Origin: Epiperipatus broadwayi
Taxonomy: Eukaryota > Animalia > Onychophora
Reading direction: 5' to 3'
DNA: 64,000 bases
NCBI GenBank assembly: GCA_028023455.1
Contig: JAQFVV010000003.1
Location: forward strand, 7,750,001-7,814,000
The notes beneath the pieces are model-generated. The model was not told where the DNA came from and did not search any database. It saw nothing but the letters and a program-made list of their open reading frames with translations. The translations under genes and the position numbers were made by a program. Below are positions 1 to 13,225 of the stretch, piece after piece. The first letter of the stretch is position 1. The number at the start of each line of letters is the position of its first letter.

Positions 1-1104
1 GAAGTAATGAAATTTGACCGCAATTAAAATGATAATTTGTTAATTCATAACGATTTGGTCAAATGAAAAGAAAATCCAATTTTTCAAAATAAAATAAAAA
101 AAGAAAAAAGCAAATATGTTTATATTTGCAATTAAAGAAAGTATAAATCTTTCTTTATTAAAATTAAATTAAAAAAATCTTCAAACATTAAAACTCAGAT
201 TGAAGAAAACTTCTAAGACACAATAACTCTAGGTGTCAAATCACCGTGCCGCAGGCAATAAAAAATTAAGATTCGAAAACACATGAAAACAGATAATCGA
301 AAATAGTCACTAATTAAAAGTCTGTTCCCACTAAAGAGAAACTGTCCAATGATCTGGGGGATTAAAAAATGCGGACAAAGATGAAAAAGCTGCTATCAAT
401 TGGAGAAAAGAGACATGAAAGGTAAATCCATTTGTTAGAGAGAAAAAAATATAAATAGTGTGGAAAATCAGTAGATTATTATAGTTGATTGATTCAAAGA
501 TACAAGATTCATGAATTGATACAAGATTTAGCTACTAGACTACTAGAAAAGTGATTTAGTGGAACTATCAATTAGCCTAATGAAAAATCATCATAATGTG
601 ATCTTTGGTTAGACTACTAATGTTCTCTCTATCTGCCCACCATGTGAACTCCAAACCTTGCCTAGAAGTTTTAATGTGCTATTCAAGACAGATCCCCACT
701 TATTTAGTAATGCAGTAATAAATAAAGACATGAAATTTAGAGTAAGCAATTAGAAATGATTCAATTACAATAAAATATGAATTAAAATTATAGCTATTAA
801 TTTTTATAAAACAAAAGAGAGAAAATGTTATATTATCAGTCTTAAGAAAAGTTTTCACAATCAATTATTAACTTCAGTCAAAAGTTGACGATAGTTTTTT
901 TTTATCTTTATTTAAAAATGAAAACAAGAAATGAAAATCATTATTATTTAATTAAAAACACTCACATATATGTGTGTTATGCATTTCATTAGTTAAACAC
1001 CAATTATTTCATAAAATTTAAGATATGTTCAAATAATAGAAATACTTCTAATAATAATTGTAATAATTATTTCAAATGAACCAGCTAAATGGAAATGTCA
1101 ATCA

Positions 1105-2110
1105 AAGATATGGTAAAAATAATAAAATGCTATATGAATCATAAATACTTACGTGTGTGTTATCTATTAATGTTCCACAAACATGGGATTGCTGATATTA
1201 CCTGCTTACCTACTTGTAATGATTCTTAAAAATAATAAAATGCTATATGAATCATAAATACATATATGCATATTAACTATATCTTAATAAAATAATAAAA
1301 TGTATGTGTATAAATATACATATATACTGGATTGGATTATAAATGCTTGACAAACATGGAATTGCTGATATTACCAGCTTACCTACCTGTAATGATTCTT
1401 AAAAATAATAAGATGTTATATGAATCATAAATGCTTTTGGGCGTGTTATATATATCTTAATAAAATAACACGTATGTGTATAAATATACATCTACCTGAA
1501 ATGCTTTCACAAACCCGGAATAATAATTGCAATATTGATATTATCTGTACATCTACTCAAAATGTTTCTACAGACCCGGAATAATAATTGCAATACTGAT
1601 ATTATCTGTACATCTACCTGAAATGCTTTCACATACCTGGAATAATAATTATACTCCTGATATTATCTGCACATCTACTCAAAATATTTCTACAGATCTG
1701 GAATAAATGATTACAAACATTAATGTATTAATATAATATGTATACCTACTTGAAATGCTTTTACATACCTGGAATAATAATTGTAATACTGATATTATTT
1801 GTTCATCTACTTTAAATGCTTCTATAGACTTGAAATCAATAGTCAAAAACATTTATTTATAAATTATGTGTGTGTACCTGCTTAAAATGCTTCTACAGAC
1901 CTGGAATAAATGGTAAAAACATTTGCTTATTAATTGTATACGTATATCTATCTGAAATGCTTCTGTCAACATCAGAAGATAATTATGAACACTTATATAT
2001 TATCTGCATTCCTACAGTGAAATGCTTCTATCAGCATCAAAATGTGATTATCAATACTTGTATATTAATTGTATACGTATATCTACTTGAAAGGCTTCTA
2101 GATTTCTTCT
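1105..2110. repeat. Degenerate minisatellite, ~62-70 bp units (about 10 units in 1490-2100), with related longer units upstream
   Basis: The core ctac(c/t)tgaaatgct...ggaataataattg...tgatattatctg recurs near 1493, 1555, 1617, 1676, 1747, 1808, 1876, 1950, 2013 and 2083. aaaaataataaaatgctatatgaatcataaat is repeated three times in 1105-1430. Confidence 0.85.
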
Positions 2111-2299
2111 CATAAATGAACTAAAATGAGTTTTCACATGGATACGAACAATGAACTATATTAAAAGGACTTGCTAATGAATTGTTGTTAAATAAAATTG
2201 TTGTTACTTAAAATTAATGTAATTGTTCAATTCTATTTTGCATCACTAGTCATTCATTGCATCTTGCTCACAAGAATCTCATGCCTCCTGAGCTATGTT

Positions 2300-2650
2300 C
2301 GGCATAACCAGACGATGGTAGGTAAGGTTGTACTGAGATGGAACTCTAGTGGCACTGTTTGGGAAACCAAACACATAAATTTTTAGATGCTTCCAGTCTC
2401 TATGGCGCTACATCCTCTGCTGAGCAGGAAATATTGTTGTAAGTGGGGTGTTGTCTGTATTGGGGAATGCCAATCGATAGTTCCTTCCTGCAATATGCTC
2501 ATCAGGAAATAAACCAACGAAGAGTGGGGTTGGTAATTGTCCAGTTACAATATTAATGAAATTATCATGTTTAATAGATTGGAGAATGCAATTTGTGTTT
2601 GCATAATAATGTTACTGTGTTTCTCCATCAGAAATTATATTTGTTTAGAT
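2300..2650 (+). pseudogene. Possible very decayed LINE apurinic-endonuclease fragment
   Basis: Frameshifted translation SGNKPTKSGVG / LSSYNINEIIMFNRLENAIC loosely resembles the APE 'YSG...GVGF' segment. Weak match. Confidence 0.25.
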
Positions 2651-3639
2651 GTAAATAGGTTAATTCCTTCTCATTATTTAAAGTTTTTGGCATTAAATAA
2701 CTATTTCAATTCCTGTTAAACATTTTAACATCATTTTGATGATTATATAATTTGTGCTACATTTTTAATGTTAATAACAAAAATTTTTAATGAGTATTGA
2801 ATGTACTAAAATATTTTCTAGGATTGTGTTTGTCAATTACAGAATTTATAAAACTATCCATAAACATTAACTAATTAATCAGTGAAGGTGCTCATTTAAG
2901 GTTTTTTTTTTAACCAGCTAATAACAGGTTATAGTTAAAAGTAAGAATTTTCAATCTAGCCATTAGCAATTATCAAAATATTAATTTATTGGGGAAAGGG
3001 GGGGGTTGGTTATTTATTAGAGAACATTTGGATTTTGAGTGGCATATTATTTTTATATTAATAATAGGCAAATAATTTATAACTCAGGGACTCATAGGAA
3101 GTTTGATGACCATGACAAAACTTGATCACAATCCATGGGCTATGAGTTTGCCATTTTGCTGCAGTAAACTGGGCAGAGCATTTTTATAGTAGTATAAATG
3201 CATATAATAAAACTAAGTATTGATATATATTTGCATAGTAAAGATTCAACAGTTTATGATGTTTGCTTTACTGTTTCACTAATAATAACTCAATTATCCA
3301 TTTAATGACAATAATGAAATGGCTTCGTAATTTGTCTATGGACAACAAATCTGAAAAACATATCAATCAAAATATATTTCCAAGTTTTATTCTCTCTTAT
3401 GATAGGGAAATGTACTGATTATTACATAATGAAATTCTTCACAGGAAATTCCATAAAAAATATACATTTCATGAAAGATTTTATATACTAATAGCATTAG
3501 GTGTTTACATAATTAAAACAAAAAAATCATATTTTCTCTTTATCAATAGTATTTGGATATTAATCTAATTTACATTAATCTATATATATTGTATATAGAA
3601 TATTTTAATATTCTCAAGAGCAATTTTCACTATACTCCA

Positions 3640-4058
3640 GAGTCATTTTCCACAAGTTTGAATAATTGATGAATGCTAGATAGTAGTTTACTAATTATAT
3701 CCAAATCTTCAGGCCATTATTCAATGAGGATTTAGGATTCAAAGTTAGCATAAATACATTTATAATACATTTAGTAGTTAGTTTTGATTGATTTTATTGA
3801 AGTTTGTTTTAGCTTTGAATTCTAAGTTATCACTGATGACGGCAAAGGCTACAAACTGGTCTGGAAATATGTATCTATTGACTACTCAAGCATATAGTAA
3901 ATAACAGGAGTCAATTAAAGAGAAATGCTTTTAAAAATGAATGATTGGGTGTAAGCTGAGAATATGATCATCACATCAGAAATAAAAAACGAGTATCATT
4001 TTTTAAAAATTACCCTTTAAAAATATCTTGTGATATAGTGATTAACTTTCCAAGTTGG
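3640..4058 (+). mobile_element. Penelope-like element 3' fragment/pLTR (family B, copy 1) with degenerate hammerhead-like core
   Basis: Dispersed copy of 12778-13221, clearly alignable by eye. CTGATGA at 3833-3839 and GAAA at 3864-3867, but stem I/III pairing is poor. Confidence 0.55.
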
Positions 4059-4347
4059 GGTGGGTGGTGGAGGTAGGAATTGAGATATGTACTTTGGCCT
4101 GGGAGGTGTGTGGGGGTTGTGAGTGTGCTGATGCTATGGTCTATTTTATTTTCTCATTGTACTTATTTTGTTTAAATAAAGAAAAAGTTAGCATATGAAA
4201 TGTGATAAAGAAATTGACACACAAACCAAGACTGGAACCTTTGGTCAAGAGACCAAGGCTATTTTAAGATTAAAGAGCCAAAAACTAAATATCAAATTTA
4301 TGTCATAATTTTTTTTTTTTTTTCAAGAATATTAATTTAATTTTTAG

Positions 4348-4457
4348 GTTGACTCTTTGTTGGAATGCACAAGTTATTTAACATTTTGTCATGCAAGGCA
4401 TCTTTACTTGGATTTTAGGACTTTTGATCCAACCATACCTAAATATAAAGAAACTTA
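4348..4457 (+). CDS. EOGT: EOGT-like glycosyltransferase, internal exon (VDSLLECTSYLTFCHARHLYLDFRTFDPTIPKYKET)
   Basis: ttttag acceptor and GTATGT donor; phase 0 in, phase 2 out, joining exon 18143 in frame. Matches the EOGT motif S-L-C-S-x-Y-L-x-x-C-x-A-x-x-L-Y-L-D as recalled from animal EOGT. Confidence 0.85.
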
Positions 4458-6369
4458 GTATGTTTTACAATTATTTTTTATTTTACTTTTAAGAATTTAT
4501 TGTTGGATTATGTAATTTAATGTTTATATTACTAGAAATATTATTATTATTGTTATTAGTAGTAGTTGTAGAGGCAGCAATAATAATAATATTAATAGAA
4601 ATGATATGGTGTTAGTTATGATCAGGTGCCATTATTAGTACTTCTTATTGTTTAGTCAAAGAACATTATAATAGTAACATTGTTAATATTAATATTTTTA
4701 TTAATTTTAATTTTTAGTCATCTCAAAAATATACATTTTTTTTAAATATTTAAGATATAGATTAAACTTCAGATATATACACACATACATACATAATTAA
4801 TTGATTATAGTTCTCGGTAAATATCTGTAATCAATTAAATCTTCCATATTTACCACTCTTTCTCACTATTGTATTTCAAATAACAAACCAATGTTCATCT
4901 GGTGAGCTAGAAATTTGAAACACTGAATATTTACACAAAAACAATGTTCAGAATTTTCTCTTTATATATTTTAATCGTGATCAGTTTGATCTTGAAGCTT
5001 GAGTGTTTTAGGCATGCATATATAGAATATTCAGTGCATCAATTCTTTAATATTCATATTAAATAATTTATATCCGCATTAAAATATACCATGAATCAGA
5101 AGTATGATAGAATAAAGGATATATACATAATTAATTGATCAGTGTGCTCAATAAATATCTGCAAGCAATCAGATCTTCCAGATTTTCAGTGTAGATCTTC
5201 ATAATTTGTTTTAAATCCTGAGTTATCATTTTGTGAAAAAATGTTCCAAACCATTATCTCTCATTGTATATGAATTTCATGTAACAAAAGCAAGTCCTAA
5301 AATAAATTAGAGATATTTTTTTACAAGATCAAAATTTAGGATTTACAACAAGTTTTAAAGCATGGCAAATCTAAATGAATGGTTACAAATAATTATTAAG
5401 TGCATTAATCAATTAATTATTTATATATCCCTTATATTATCATATTTCTGATTCATTCAGTGTTTCAATGAGATATAAATTATTACCATCTATAATGAAA
5501 TATTAAGGAATTGATGAGTTGAATACTTTGTGCATATATATGTATGTGTGTGTGAGAGACTGATTCTAAAAACATTCAAGCTTTAAAATCAAACTACTCA
5601 CAATTAAAACATATAAATAAAATTTTTTATTATTGTTTCTGTACAGATATTCACAAATTTCTATCTCCCTTCCCAAGTGTAGGTCAAATAAAAATATCTA
5701 TTATAGATTAATTATTATAATAAGAATAAAATATTAATGATGATATTAAATCTCACAAATAACTATTCTAAAATATAGTGCTTTCAATTATTTTCATAGC
5801 TGTTTTCAACTGGAAACCTTTTAAATTTTTCCAATTGAATAACTATTTGCAAAATTTATTACCACCATTAATACTATATTGTTTTATTGATATTACATTA
5901 AATGCATATATAGTGAGAGAGATTGGTCTGGCACATTTGTATATATATATATATATATGGTGCAATATCTATTATATTTTCATATTAGAAAACTTATTTG
6001 ATTTAATTTTTCTAATATGAAAATATAACATATTTCCTCATATCAAAATATTTAAACAATTACATCTGTTAAAAATTATTAATTTATAATATATATAAAA
6101 CAGAATTACTTCTCTATAAAGCTGCTTTAATATTTCAATCAGCAGAATGGTTTTCATCAGAAAACACAGCAAAATAACTACTTCCAGAATTTAAACATTA
6201 AAAAATTACAAACATTCACATATCAGATAACAAAATTAATTCCTATAGGTTAAAATTCTTTCTTTATAAATCTTTTTTTAAAAACCTTTTTTTACAAAAT
6301 CTCCTCTTATAACACATTCATTATACAACAATTCTTATCAATCAAGCAACTGATAAATATCTCGTACTT

Positions 6370-6468
6370 TCTCATGTGTCATAGCATCAGCCGGGCAGCG
6401 AACCCGCTAACCCAGGACAACTGCTTGTAAAGCAGCTGTCGATGACTTCTCGACCACCAATGCTTGAC
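6370..6468 (-). mobile_element. tRNA-shaped retroposed insert (SINE head or tRNA pseudogene), TAC anticodon loop
   Basis: Flanked by a 16-bp TSD taaatatctc(g/a)tactt (6354-6369, 6469-6484). The minus strand folds as a cloverleaf: GCATTGG/CTGATGC acceptor stem, GTCG/CGAC D stem, GCTGC-TTTACAA-GCAGT anticodon arm and a GGTTCG T-loop. Confidence 0.7.
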
Positions 6469-6529
6469 TAAATATCTCATACTTATTGTTTTAAAACAAC
6501 AAAAAAGCAGTAATTACATTTTTATAAAA

Positions 6530-6900
6530 ATTCTTATAAAATACTTATAAAAATTTTATAAAACCCTACAAACATAAAAAACATTACAAACACAAATTCA
6601 TATATATGTGTACAATATAAATGACTACAAGAATTACATACAACAAAACTATATAAAATCTTGTACAAAAAATTACAAAAAAAAAACTTTCAAAAATTTA
6701 AAAAAAAAAAAAACTAAAACCATACATATACTATTATTATATATAAAAAAAACCATACCATATACTATTATATATATAATAAAAAAATCAGTCATTATAC
6801 ATATTTTACTAGTCCACATATAAAATAAAAACAAGTAATAAAACAATAAAAAATAGAACATTAAGAAACAGTTCTCTAGGAAACAAATAAACAAATCCCT
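6530..6900. repeat. A-rich low-complexity tract
   Basis: Almost G-free A/T/C runs. ORFs 6608+ and 6673- are compositional artefacts. Confidence 0.7.
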
Positions 6901-6910
6901 AGGAAACTAG

Positions 6911-7500
6911 GTAATTCAAGGATGTGATAGTACATGTGGGGAAAAAAATCCAAATTTGCTTGGAACTTTTCTACTATCTAAAGGTATTTTTATGTTTTAT
7001 TCAGATTCAAACCTAAACATTGCTGACAGGTGAAGGAAATAAATATAATTCTGAGGATTAGTTATATATTTAAAGAACATTATAAGTTTAGGATCAGTGA
7101 AACTGCTGTGATCATAGGATCAAAATCAACATTAGGTAATAAAATATTTCAATTCACTGAAAAGTCTCAAATAATTCAAGGATTACCAAATAATTGATTG
7201 ATAATCAACATGGCTACATACTATTGAGAAAATTGGTATTTAGTTATGTTTTATTTAGATGATAACTTAAGGAAGGAAAACTATAAAATGTTTGTCTGAA
7301 GATTTGGTAATATATGGCAATTTTCATTATCTGTTTGAATTGTTAAATGTTTTTAGAAAAAATCAAATTTTACTTATACTTTTCCAAATATATTCAACTG
7401 TTTGTAAATATAAAACATTTCTCTCTCTTTTTCAGATGTTTCTGGCCTGACTAATGACAGTCTAGCCCAGGGATTGAATTTCTCTGTTTTAGATTTATAA
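6911..7500 (+). CDS. Candidate three-exon coding chain (6911-7029, 7092-7135, 7436-7500) ending in a stop; product unknown
   Basis: GT-AG introns of 62 and 300 nt join in phase to give VIQGCDSTCGEKNPNLLGTFLLSKGIFMFYSDSNLNIADRISETAVIIGSKSTLDVSGLTNDSLAQGLNFSVLDL*. The acceptor at 7435 is strong; the first acceptor and first donor are weak. Confidence 0.4.
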
Positions 7501-7772
7501 ATATTGAATTTAAGTGCTCCAATTAATTAGGCTATTCTACCAAAAGTAGCAATCAATATAATTTTTATACTCTTACCAATGATAGTCCTTTTTTCTTTTA
7601 AGTTACACTGTTAATGAATGATTTCTAAACATTGTGGATTATTATATTAGTTTGACTTATGGAGTTATTTATCATTATCATACAAAAAAGTAGTTTCTTT
7701 AAATTATCTCTTTATTTTTTACTCTCTTCCAATGTTCTTGTGTGCTGTATTTACAGGGAGTCTATCCAACCT

Positions 7773-10658
7773 TGATAGCATAACATTAATAATAAATTTT
7801 ATGTTTGAACAAATTTATTCTTAAACTGAATTAACAGTAATAATATATATAATACAAAGAAAAATTAAGGAGGCAATTTCATAAATAGAAATAAAATGAA
7901 TGTATTATTAATAGACAAGATGCTAATGTTAAAAGTCAGGAATCCTGGGATTTGAGTTGATGACATTTGCTTCCATTATATTTTTTGAATTTAATGGCAG
8001 TTGAAGAGGGTTAAGGAATTAACTGAAAGTACTTCTGTGTATTGAAAGACTGTAATAGTTAAACTGTGTTATATTTATTATTTTTATTGTTATTACAATA
8101 ATAATATATATATATCGGAAATTATAATATAATAATGATAACTATTTTCCTCTTAATAATTTAGGGATAGCACCAAGCAGAATGAATTTCACTACATTTC
8201 TTCACTCACTACTACTACTCATAGTTCATTAATAATTGTACTTTGTTACAATTACTATTAAGACTATTAAACACAACTTTACTAAGTCTAATTAAACTAT
8301 TTTCTGAATACACATTTTACCCTTCTGCAAGAGAAGCCATTTACTATTAGCAGTGTTTTTTTCTCTTGACTTCCACTGCTGTGCAGACTTTCATTTTATT
8401 TGAGAGAGAGAGTTCTTTTTATGATTCATTTGTAAAACAATTATTTATGCTTTTAATACACTTTTCTAGAGTGAATTATTTCCAGGAGGAAACTATCTAA
8501 ACTGCTGCACTAATTACACAAATAAAAATAGTACTTTATCTATAATAATATCAGTGCCAGTCAGTGCACCTTCCCTCACTCTAGAAAATAATTCCTAAAT
8601 TGGTCTAGTGGTCTTTTAATTATTCGAGTTCTTGGAGTAGAATTACTTTGGCTTTCATTTCGATTTGTTTATTCTGATAGTAACAACTGTTTATCTGGAC
8701 TACATCAGCAATCTCTTGACCTTCCACCCCTAGTTCAACAGGCAATGTTTCATCTTGGGTGGGAGGAGCTATACCATCATTGTTTTACTTAAATTTTCTA
8801 ATTTAGGATTGACTGTACTATGATTATTTCCAGCTATGATTGATATGTCAATAAATCTTTCCTGTAAATGATTAATGTGACTTTTACACGCAATCCATTC
8901 TAAACTTAATAACACATATAACTTTAAATTCAATTTCAATGACAATATCTGTTTTTTTACAGTGTTTTGAACCCAAACTGCACCATCAATATCAAATTTT
9001 CTTAAATTAGATTTATACATTTCATCTAATCTATTCGTTGAAAAAAGTTTGATAAATGCATATTGCATTTTTTCCCAAACAGTAATTTTGCAGGTGATTT
9101 ATTTTTCAAAGCAACATGTATAAAATGTTGATAAAACATTTTAGCATTTAAATCAGTTATATTAACTTTCATCAAAGCTACTTTCAAACTCTGTATTGCC
9201 TTTTCAATGAGTTCATTTGAAGCAGCTGGCGTAAATGTATCTCTCTATGCATCACATAGTCTTTAAATCTTTCAGAAGTAAACATTGTCCCATTATCTGA
9301 TAACAACATCCGGATAACCATTGGTAGAAAAAACTTTGTGTTATGCCTTTATGATATTCTTCATATTTGCAATTTTTATTAATTTATATTTATCCCAATT
9401 TGAATACGAATCCACAACCACTCAGAATTTGGTATCTATTTACTGGCCCTGCATAGTCCATGTGAACACACTGCCATAGTTTCTTTACTTCTAACCATGG
9501 TTTGAATACTTTGGAAAATCTGTAGATTGACAATTCGAAAACTTTTTTATTGTTTGTTCTATATCATTATTTATTTTTGGCTACCACACATAAGAATGAG
9601 TCAGAGCCTTCATTTTTACCTCTTCAGAATGTGATTCATGCAGCAAATTAATCAATTCTTTATATCCCTCTATAGGTATCAATACTCTCTCATTATTTAA
9701 AGTATACCTATTACATATTGACATGTTATGATGCACATTCCAAATTGCCATAGCTACAAAACTTGGATATTTGTCCAGCCATCCATCTCGAATCCACTTA
9801 ATCAATTTTCTATATTCAGGATTATTAGAAGTCCACTTCACAATTTTTACACTGTTTAAATTCTCCATGCTATTTACTACATCCATTTCAGCAAAAAATA
9901 TAGTATGGGAACTTTCACACTATCTTCAACATTCTCATATAGCGATCTATATGTTCCACATAAATATTCCATAATAAGGGATTATTTGTATCAAATTCCC
10001 TTAAACTTTGACTGGGTAATGCCATATTCTTTTTCTTTAATCACTATACATCTCACCATCAAGGCGCTTATTACACCATCTGTTGTTGACTGCGCCAACT
10101 GCTATATTCACGGGATGTTTCAACTCAGCCGTGACAGCATAATATTAATAATGAAATAAACATAAAATTTTTATGTTTGAGTGAATTTATTCTTAAGCTG
10201 AATTAACAGTAATTATATTGGAAATTATAATATAATAATAATAACTACTTTCTTCATAATAATTTGGGGATAGCAATAAACAGAATGAGTCCATTACATT
10301 TCTTCACCCACTACTACTACTTACAGTTCCTTAATAATTGTACTTTAACTAAGACTTTTGAACACAACTTCATTAAGTCTAATTCTATATTTTCTGAGTA
10401 CACTTTTCTCCCTTCTGTAAGAGAAGCCATTTACCATCAGCAGCGCTTTTTCCTCTCAACTGCCACTGCTGTGCAGACTCTCATGTCTCTTTTCCTGAGA
10501 GTTTTTTTTACAACTCATTTGCATTACAGTTATTCATGCTTTTAATATACTTTTCTACAGTGAGATATTTCTGAGAGAAAACTGTCTAAATTGCTGGCGC
10601 TAATTACACAAATAAAAATAGTACTTTATCTACAATAATATCAGTACCGATCAATGCA
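7773..10658 (-). mobile_element. Old, internally deleted Mag-like Ty3/Gypsy LTR retrotransposon (RNase H-integrase remnant)
   Basis: Diverged direct repeats 7773-8568 and 10132-10658 with TG...CA ends on the minus strand. PPT at 8569-8582. ORF 9581-9886 has LLHESHSEEVKMKALTHSYVW (integrase HHCC region of Mag type). No matching TSD was found. Confidence 0.8.
7851..8100 (+). mobile_element. Penelope-like 3' fragment (family E) inserted into the LTR, with degenerate hammerhead at 7997-8038
   Basis: Absent from the sister LTR and flanked by duplicated aataatatatata. Frameshifted KIKEAI.INRNK..LLNRQD resembles a PLE GIY-YIG C-terminus. GCAG-TTGAAGA-G-GGTTAA(GGAA)TTAACT-GAAA-GTACTT-CTGT follows. 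Confidence 0.6.
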
Positions 10659-12539
10659 TTGTGTTTCCCAATTGAACATGTATTTATATTACATGCATAG
10701 TATGCTATTTTAGATACCTTTGTCTTTTTTTCTTTAATCATTATTTTCTGATTTTTTATTCATTTTTTAGTGGGACACCTAGTTTCACCAATATTCCTTT
10801 CTAACAAACATATAGTATTTTGTAGTTTTTGTTTCAGCATTTTAAACTTAAATTTTTCAGAAGTTAGGCCTTCTTGTACTTTGAAAAATTATTGTGATTT
10901 TACATTGATTGCATTTTTTTTTTAATTTGTCTGCCATTCTTGAAATGTGTGGTTACACTCCAATATCTATCATTGTTTTTTGTGGTTTTTTTTTTTGTTA
11001 TCTGCTAATCCTATATTTAGAGAAAATATTAAATAAATCCTAATATATTTTCGAAGCTGCATATCATTGTTCAAAACAAGTTTCCATTTGTTGTTGTTTG
11101 AATATAATGGTTGCCTTTGATAATGGTTTTCAGCACCAAAATTGCATATTTTCAATGTTTTCTATGAATGTACAATATTAATATTGACTTTAATTTATTA
11201 CCTACCTCTCAATGACAAAGTTATCACTTATTTACTAACAAATGAATTTGTTTGATAAAGTGTAAATCAAGTTTGAATTTTTGTAAAAAAATAAATAAAT
11301 TAATATTTCAACTACATGGTAGAAATGACCCAACATATAAGTACAAAATAATCCAAATTTTCTCCAACAATCTGCAATTAATCCTAAATAATTTTATTGC
11401 TAAATTAATGCTTTTCTGTATCTCTACACATGTTTAATGTGAATCATGTGTAAAGGTTCTGGACAAGCTATGACTTTGCAGTAGAATGTAGAGACCGATT
11501 CTTTAGTTTACTATCGCTTCAGAACAGCAAAATCTTAAAAAAAAAATGAAATTTTATTGAAATGTCAATGGCTTACTTCTGTGGAGAAGTTTTTTTTTGT
11601 CTGTAAATTAAAATCTCATAGAATTTAAACAGCAGGATATTATTAATCATAGAAATTTCTCAGCACTAAGAATTGATACATAATATTACCCCAAAACTTT
11701 TTCACTTTACTTGAGTTTAGTGCATTTGACTTGAAAGATTAAAATAATAAATACCTAAGCTTAAAGATTTTTTTTTCATTAATACACCTTATCAGTAGCG
11801 CATTATTTATTACATGCAAAGATAATGAAGTATCAGCTATTATAGCTTAAAAGTTTATTATTTTAGTCCTTTCAAATCGAATGCTGTGCAGTGAAATTTT
11901 ATTTATTTATAGTATTTAAAAGTATTATAAATTGGTATAAATGTATACAACCAATTCTCATTTTTTAAACTCTAGATTCCACTACATTTTCCAATTACTA
12001 TTCAGTCTTATTTTAAGTTCTTGCTCTATAGTATGTTTTTTTTAAAAAACAACAACAACCAAACGCTGTTTTAGCAATCCTTGAAAGATAAGAATGTCAT
12101 TTTATAAATATATGTTTGAAAAACTTTGACTATAATGATGACTTGTAAATTGCTAACAATTTTAAGGTCATAATAGTGCACCTTAATTATTTAGATGTTG
12201 AATTTCAATAACAGTATTGCCAAACATTTTAAAATTTCTCATTCAGACATTGAAAAGTTTGGCAGGTTCTGCTTTTTAGAAAATTTCATTACTTTAAATG
12301 GGAGGTGCAGAAATCATTGAAATCAGAATTAATTATGTTTGAAATATATTTATCATCTCAAACCAGACCTTAGCATTTTCAGAAGAAAAAAAAAATCACA
12401 GAACTTGCAATGTAATGTAAAATCCATTCTTCCTTATGGATGTGAGACTTAAAAAATAATTTATCAGCTAACTCAGGTTACAAACATTTGTCAACAAATA
12501 TATTTGTAATATTTTGAGTGGACAAAGATAAAATCCTAT

Positions 12540-13221
12540 AAAGAATTAGGATATAAAACTATGTAAAAATCTGTATTACTGGATATTAGACATTGAAAAG
12601 GGTATTGGATAGATCACATCTGTTAGATCAAAAATATTGCAGCAGACTCTTTCAATTGGATATCACATAGACACTGGGTCTATTGTACCTTGGAAAAGAA
12701 TTATAGGTAAAAAAATAACAGAAACTTGAAAATTCATAGCATGAAATCAAATTGCTAATAGAAAATTGAGATGTATAGAGTCATTTTCCACAAGTTTGAG
12801 TAGTCAGTAAATGAGATAGTAGTGCTAATTATATCCGAATTTTTCAGGTCATTATTCAATGGGAATTTAGGATTCAAAGTTGGAATAAATACATTTATAA
12901 TGCATTTAGAAGTTAGCTGTGATTGATATACTATTAAAGTTTGTTTTAGCTTTGAATGCTAAGTTCTCACTGATGAAGGCAATGGTTACAAACTGATATG
13001 GAAATATGTATCTATTGACTACTCAAGCATATAGTAGATGGCAGGAGTCAATTAAAGAGAAATGCATTTAAAAATAAATGTTGGGTGTAATCCGAGAATG
13101 TTTTTATTGCTATTATTTTTAATTTTATGGTCATCATATTGGAAATAAAAAACAAGTATTCTTTTTTAAAAATTACCTTTTAAAAATATCTCATGGTATA
13201 GTGATTAACTTTCCAAATTGG
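12540..13221 (+). mobile_element. Penelope-like 3' fragment (family B, copy 2): decayed GIY-YIG C-terminus plus pLTR
   Basis: 12778-13221 aligns to 3640-4058. Frameshifted peptides YTG..TLKR..H, SIGYHIDTG, RKL..IESF and FRSLFN resemble PLE endonuclease ends. CTGATGA at 12970-12976. Confidence 0.55.
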
Positions 13222-13225
13222 AATG

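Noticed and set aside
1490-2110. Regularly spaced repeats resembling a CRISPR array
   Set aside because: Whole units are homologous with no unique spacers, the context is eukaryotic, and there are no cas genes.
2480-2510. Minus-strand CTGATGA-GCATATTGC hammerhead-like start
   Set aside because: It is followed by AGGAAGG rather than GAAA, and stem I/III cannot be formed.
6608-6894. ORFs 6608+ and 6673-
   Set aside because: They arise from a low-complexity A-rich tract.
10092-10100. TGGCGCAGTC on the minus strand resembling a tRNA-Ser PBS
   Set aside because: It lies ~30 nt from the LTR end and fits an RNase H-like AVGAV reading; the true PBS region appears deleted.
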